The notes under the pieces: generated by a model
Databases searched by the model: none
Told to the model about the DNA's origin: nothing
Seen by the model: only the letters and a program-made list of their open reading frames with translations
Position numbers and translations under genes: made by a program
Assembly (NCBI GenBank): GCA_043797615.1
Contig: JAZDPK010000035.1
Span: 3,523-67,522, forward strand
DNA: 64,000 nucleotides
Reading direction: 5' to 3'
Origin: Parcubacteria group bacterium
GTDB lineage: Bacteria > Patescibacteriota > Patescibacteriia > UBA11705 > JABHMO01
Shown here: in pieces, positions 60,444 through 64,000 of the stretch
Layout: the number at the start of each line of letters is the position of its first letter
How positions within the stretch are numbered: position 1 is the first letter of the stretch

Positions 60444-60773
60444 TCACTTTTGCGCGAACGTTGTTTCGACCTGATCCATCTCGTTCATAATCGTTTGATA
60501 AAGTTCGCCGCGATTTTCATTCCAGGCCTGCTCCCCTGCCGCGTTGAAGTTTTCCAGCGCTTCGTCGACGCAGGCGGCCGCGGCGTACAGCCGGGCGCGT
60601 TTCAGATTGAATTGAATCATGGCCAGCGGATCGTTCGGCGTTTCTTTTTCCTGCTTTTCCGTCCATTCGATCACCAGTTTTATAACGCCTTCATCGTTTA
60701 CGCCGTTTTCCAAAATTAAATGGATTACTTGTTCCGCGCTGACGTTTGAGATGGGGAATTGTTCTTTGTTCAT
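60444..60773 (-). CDS. Hypothetical helical protein
   Basis: Tightly packed after the HD-domain gene. Confidence 0.6.
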   Translation of the reverse strand: MNKEQFPISNVSAEQVIHLILENGVNDEGVIKLVIEWTEKQEKETPNDPLAMIQFNLKRARLYAAAACVDEALENFNAAGEQAWNENRGELYQTIMNEMDQVETTFAQK

Positions 60774-60777
60774 AGAA

Positions 60778-61419
60778 TTATTCTCCTTTTAATTCCAACT
60801 TGAATTCTTTTAAAAATTTAATTAAGAATTTTGTCCGGCGCCTGGCGATTTTTTTCGCGGTTAACGTGTGCATGCGGCCTTCGACTTTCAATAAGCGCTC
60901 GTAAAATAAATCCAAGGCAAAAAGAATAGTGTCGGGTTGGTGTTTTTCGCAGAAAGGGTCTTCAGAATTGTAAAATAATCTTTTGACTTGTCCGGTCGAG
61001 GAATAAGTTCTCATTATTGAAATCGCGCCGGTCGCTTCCAAGCCGTCGGCGTCTTGCAATATTTTCGATTCGAGCGTTTCCGGCACGATGCCTTTGCTGA
61101 ACGAACATTCCAGGATGCAGGTTTTCACTTTGTTAATTTTATCATTTGGAAAACCATTCAAAGAGTTTAAAATATTTTCCGCGCCGGCCGCGCTTTCGGT
61201 CTGCGATTTGTCCTTGTCCGGATGATTCTTCGGGTAAACAACCAGGTCGTGGAACAGGGCGGCCGGAATTATGACGTCCGGATCGCCGCCTTCTTTCCGC
61301 ATGATTCTTTCGGCGTTCGAAAGCACCCGCTCCGCGTGCATGAAATCGTGCGAAACGTCGGCGTTCGGGATTTTGGCTTTGGCGATTTGAATCAGTCGAT
61401 TTTTTAATTCTGAATTCAT
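60778..61419 (-). CDS. HD-domain phosphohydrolase
   Basis: SHD..H..RV, ALFHD, QDAD.L.A.GA. Confidence 0.85.
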   Translation of the reverse strand: MNSELKNRLIQIAKAKIPNADVSHDFMHAERVLSNAERIMRKEGGDPDVIIPAALFHDLVVYPKNHPDKDKSQTESAAGAENILNSLNGFPNDKINKVKTCILECSFSKGIVPETLESKILQDADGLEATGAISIMRTYSSTGQVKRLFYNSEDPFCEKHQPDTILFALDLFYERLLKVEGRMHTLTAKKIARRRTKFLIKFLKEFKLELKGE

Positions 61420-61420
61420 A

Positions 61421-61639
61421 TTATTTTTTAATAAAATCTTTTTCCGTTGAGTTCGCTTGTCTTTAAATGGAACGGAATGTGCCGTGCTGAATTTCATTTC
61501 CGTGAATTGGAATGATAACTGTAAGCGTTGGGTTGCCTGGTTTCCGATATTTCGAGTGCGATCCGGTCTGCGAAACAAAAAAGAAGCCTTTTTGGCGAAG
61601 GACTCTTAATATCAAACTTAGCATGACCGGCTTAGGCAT
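61421..61639 (-). pseudogene. hicA: HicA toxin with premature stop
   Basis: Manual translation MPKP...GF..VSQTGSH...VIIPIH...GTFRSI*RQA..., with TAA at 61463-61465; start overlaps the hicB stop. Confidence 0.75.
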
Positions 61640-61850
61640 ATTTTAAAGCGAGCGACACCAAATCCGGTTGCTCAACTTTATTAATTTTGGAGGTAGGTAT
61701 ATCTTCTAAATGGAGTTCCAATGCTTCTTGCAGGCAGGCCAGGGCTTCTTTTTTGGTGTCACCGAAGCTGGAAACCGCAGTGTTGAGATTCCAAGCAACA
61801 TAGTATTTGCTCTCTTTCCAAACTACGTTTTTTAAGTCAATTTTTCGCAT
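61632..61850 (-). CDS. hicB: HicB family antitoxin
   Basis: E...YVA......SSFGDT..EA...L.EALEL.LED. Confidence 0.85.
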   Translation of the reverse strand: MRKIDLKNVVWKESKYYVAWNLNTAVSSFGDTKKEALACLQEALELHLEDIPTSKINKVEQPDLVSLALKYA

Positions 61851-61997
61851 AAGTTATTTGATTTATACCTATATATTACTAAAAGAGAAAAAATAAGTCA
61901 AATTTGGGCGAAGGGCTGGCACAATTCATTGATACAAGATCAAATCGTGTCAGCCCTGAGCCGCTTATCCCGTGTTATGTGATGTAGGCAGAAATTT

Positions 61998-62252
61998 CTA
62001 TTCCTTATTATAATTTTTTGGCAATTTATTTTCTTCAACGTTAACAAGAAGTTTATCTTTGACAACCACCATCGCTGTAATACTGCTATCAGATTTTTCT
62101 AATTTTAGTTTGAGTGTTGCAATCTCGGCAGCTAATGAAGTAACAGATTCAATAGGGAACACGTATACATTTCCCAAACCAGACGGTTCTGTTTCTCGTT
62201 TAGGTGTTTTTTCTTCTTCATGCCCTGTTGGCCCTTTTAGTTCTTTTTCCAT
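61998..62252 (-). CDS. Hypothetical protein in a putative cassette
   Basis: AT-rich 84-aa ORF lying between attC-like sites. Confidence 0.45.
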   Translation of the reverse strand: MEKELKGPTGHEEEKTPKRETEPSGLGNVYVFPIESVTSLAAEIATLKLKLEKSDSSITAMVVVKDKLLVNVEENKLPKNYNKE

Positions 62253-62361
62253 AATGTTTTAGATAATTATAAATTAGTTAAATTATATCACAAGTTATGT
62301 CGACCTGTAGAATAAATTGCCAAAAAATATAAAAAATAAAAAAGAAATTTCTGGCTATTTC

Positions 62362-62437
62362 ACTTAACGTTCGCCGATATGCGATGTTCGTCAGCATATG
62401 GGTGAAGCGGAGCGTAACCGCATATCGGCTGTTAGGC
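62362..62437 (+). mobile_element. attC-like integron cassette recombination site
   Basis: ACTTAAC (RYYYAAC) ... GCCGATATGCG/CGCATATCGGC stem ... GTTAGGC (GTTRRRY). Confidence 0.6.
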
Positions 62438-62564
62438 GTTGTAAAATTTTTACACTTTTTGTCTTTTTCGTTCAATCACGGTGGTCAAGGGGGGGGCGAA
62501 TTCGCTCGTTCAATATGGCGAAGGGGCAGAGGGGTATGGGTGAATGCCCCGTAGCCATATCGTT

Positions 62565-63656
62565 TTAAAGAATCTTATACCGCGCGCTTCTTCCCTGTCC
62601 AATTCTTTCAATCTTTTTCAATCTAAGCAAAACATTCAACGTTTGTTTTACCGTTGGTCTAATGATTTTTGTATTCTTCACGATGTCACCGGTGCCCGCC
62701 TCTCTCACCTTTCCAATATACTGCCAAACAATCAGTTGTTTTTTCGACAGAATTTTTTCTATATTTTCTTTAGACAATAATTCAACGGCCATCTGTGATT
62801 GCTTTAAAATCGTGTCCAGAAAAAAATCAAGCCAAACCGTGATATTTTCTTTTTCTGTTCCAATCGTTTTTTGGCTGCGTCTTAAGGCAATATAATAATC
62901 CGGCTTATTATCCTCAACTAATTTTTCGTGAGAAACATAGGGGATATACAAGTATCCAGCTTGAAGCAAAAGCAGGTTTGTAAGAACTCGGGACAGTCGT
63001 CCGTTTCCATCAGAAAAGGGATGAATCTTTAAAAATTCAACCAAAAAGTTACCGATCACGAGTAATGGATGATATTTATTTTCCTCTAAAGTTTTTTGCG
63101 CCCACTCCACCAAATCTCTCATTTGACCCGGAGTAAGATAAGCCGGCACGGTGTCAAAAAGAATGCCGACCGATTTTCCAGCTTCATCTACCATGTGCAC
63201 TTTATTTTCACCCTTTTTATAATCGCCACGATGTTTTTCGTCTTTGTCCGCATATTTCAGCAGTTCTTGGTGAAAGTGTTTGATTAAGTTCTCGTTGAAT
63301 TTTAAATTTTTCCAGGAATCAAAAACTTTTTCCAATAATTCATAATATCCTTGCGCCTCCTGTTTGTCACGGTTAGTGAATTTTTGGATGTTAATGCCAC
63401 GCATCAGTTTTTCAATGTCTTCGTCGGAAAGGCGAGAGCCCTCAATGCGGGTGGAAGCGCCTGTTGAAGTAATCAAAACCGACTTTTTTAACCTACCCAA
63501 AACTTGTGGGCTTAAACGAGCGCCTGATATCCATTGTCCTTTTAGTTCATCAATCTTGGCGATTTTAGCGACAATTCCAGCTGGAATATTCTCAATGCGT
63601 TTTGAAAAATTGTCCGGCACCGTGTGTTTTCCTGTTTTTTTAGTGTTTTTTATCAT
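62565..63656 (-). CDS. Fic family protein with C-terminal wHTH
   Basis: HPFSDGNGRLSR motif; ST.IEG inhibitory-like motif. Confidence 0.92.
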   Translation of the reverse strand: MIKNTKKTGKHTVPDNFSKRIENIPAGIVAKIAKIDELKGQWISGARLSPQVLGRLKKSVLITSTGASTRIEGSRLSDEDIEKLMRGINIQKFTNRDKQEAQGYYELLEKVFDSWKNLKFNENLIKHFHQELLKYADKDEKHRGDYKKGENKVHMVDEAGKSVGILFDTVPAYLTPGQMRDLVEWAQKTLEENKYHPLLVIGNFLVEFLKIHPFSDGNGRLSRVLTNLLLLQAGYLYIPYVSHEKLVEDNKPDYYIALRRSQKTIGTEKENITVWLDFFLDTILKQSQMAVELLSKENIEKILSKKQLIVWQYIGKVREAGTGDIVKNTKIIRPTVKQTLNVLLRLKKIERIGQGRSARYKIL

Positions 63657-63793
63657 AAATTTAATTGGATATTTTAACTATATCCAATTATAGCCAATTA
63701 AAAATGTTTAGTCAATTTTAGGAGCGAAGGACAGAGAGGAATTCAAGAGGTGAATGCCCGCGCTCGAAATTTCCTCTTTAATAATAAAACTCA

Positions 63794-64000
63794 TTATTTT
63801 TGCCCAAGCAATGCTTCTAGAACTGCGGTTTCAGTAAATTTGCCGGTTTTGTTTAGTTTTAATAAATTTGCACGCAATTCATTTTCAAATTCTTTAATGC
63901 GGCCGCCGAAGAATCGTCTGGATGCATAAGAAGTGGAATACAAAAATCCAATAATATTATCAATATTCCATTTCTGAGTGTACTTATAATTAAAAGTTTT
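63794..64000 (-). CDS. 3' end of a probable class I SAM methyltransferase (partial)
   Basis: Open frame from the window edge: W.ID.IIG.LYSTS.AS...FG.....FE..L...G.F.E. Confidence 0.5.
   Translation of the reverse strand, partial: KTFNYKYTQKWNIDNIIGFLYSTSYASRRFFGGRIKEFENELRANLLKLNKTGKFTETAVLEALLGQK

Noticed and set aside
32501-61465. Alternative genetic code suggested by in-frame stops
   Set aside because: TAA, TAG and TGA all terminate conserved genes normally, and the two internal stops are different codons.
1-64000. CRISPR array
   Set aside because: No identical 23-47 nt repeats with regular unique spacers; the repeats seen are dispersed palindromes or coding repeats.

Overview
64 kb of a bacterial chromosome (code 11), most consistent with a CPR/Patescibacteria (Parcubacteria/ABY1-like) genome; the taxonomy is inferred from gene content. 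It carries housekeeping genes (tpiA, fba, truB, uvrABC, rlmN, rpsB-tsf, pheST, dnaX, thiI), three intact tRNAs (Thr-GGT, Tyr-GTA, Gln-CTG) and one truncated tRNA-Tyr with an insertion in its anticodon. It also has a dockerin/cohesin/tail-fibre-like surface-protein operon, an orphan pilM, a probable remote DGR target gene, three small stand-alone GIY-YIG nucleases (two directly after tRNAs, one bracketed by REP-like palindromes) and an attC-like cassette region at the right end. The strongest signal not explained by gene content is a pervasive set of 20-60 nt palindromic mini-insertions. They occur between genes and in frame inside conserved genes (uvrA twice, uvrB, uvrC, rlmN three times, thiI, a TPR protein, a glycoside hydrolase, the DGR target). 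They nest inside each other and appear to lack target-site duplications. All annotations come from motif recognition by eye; no searches were run.
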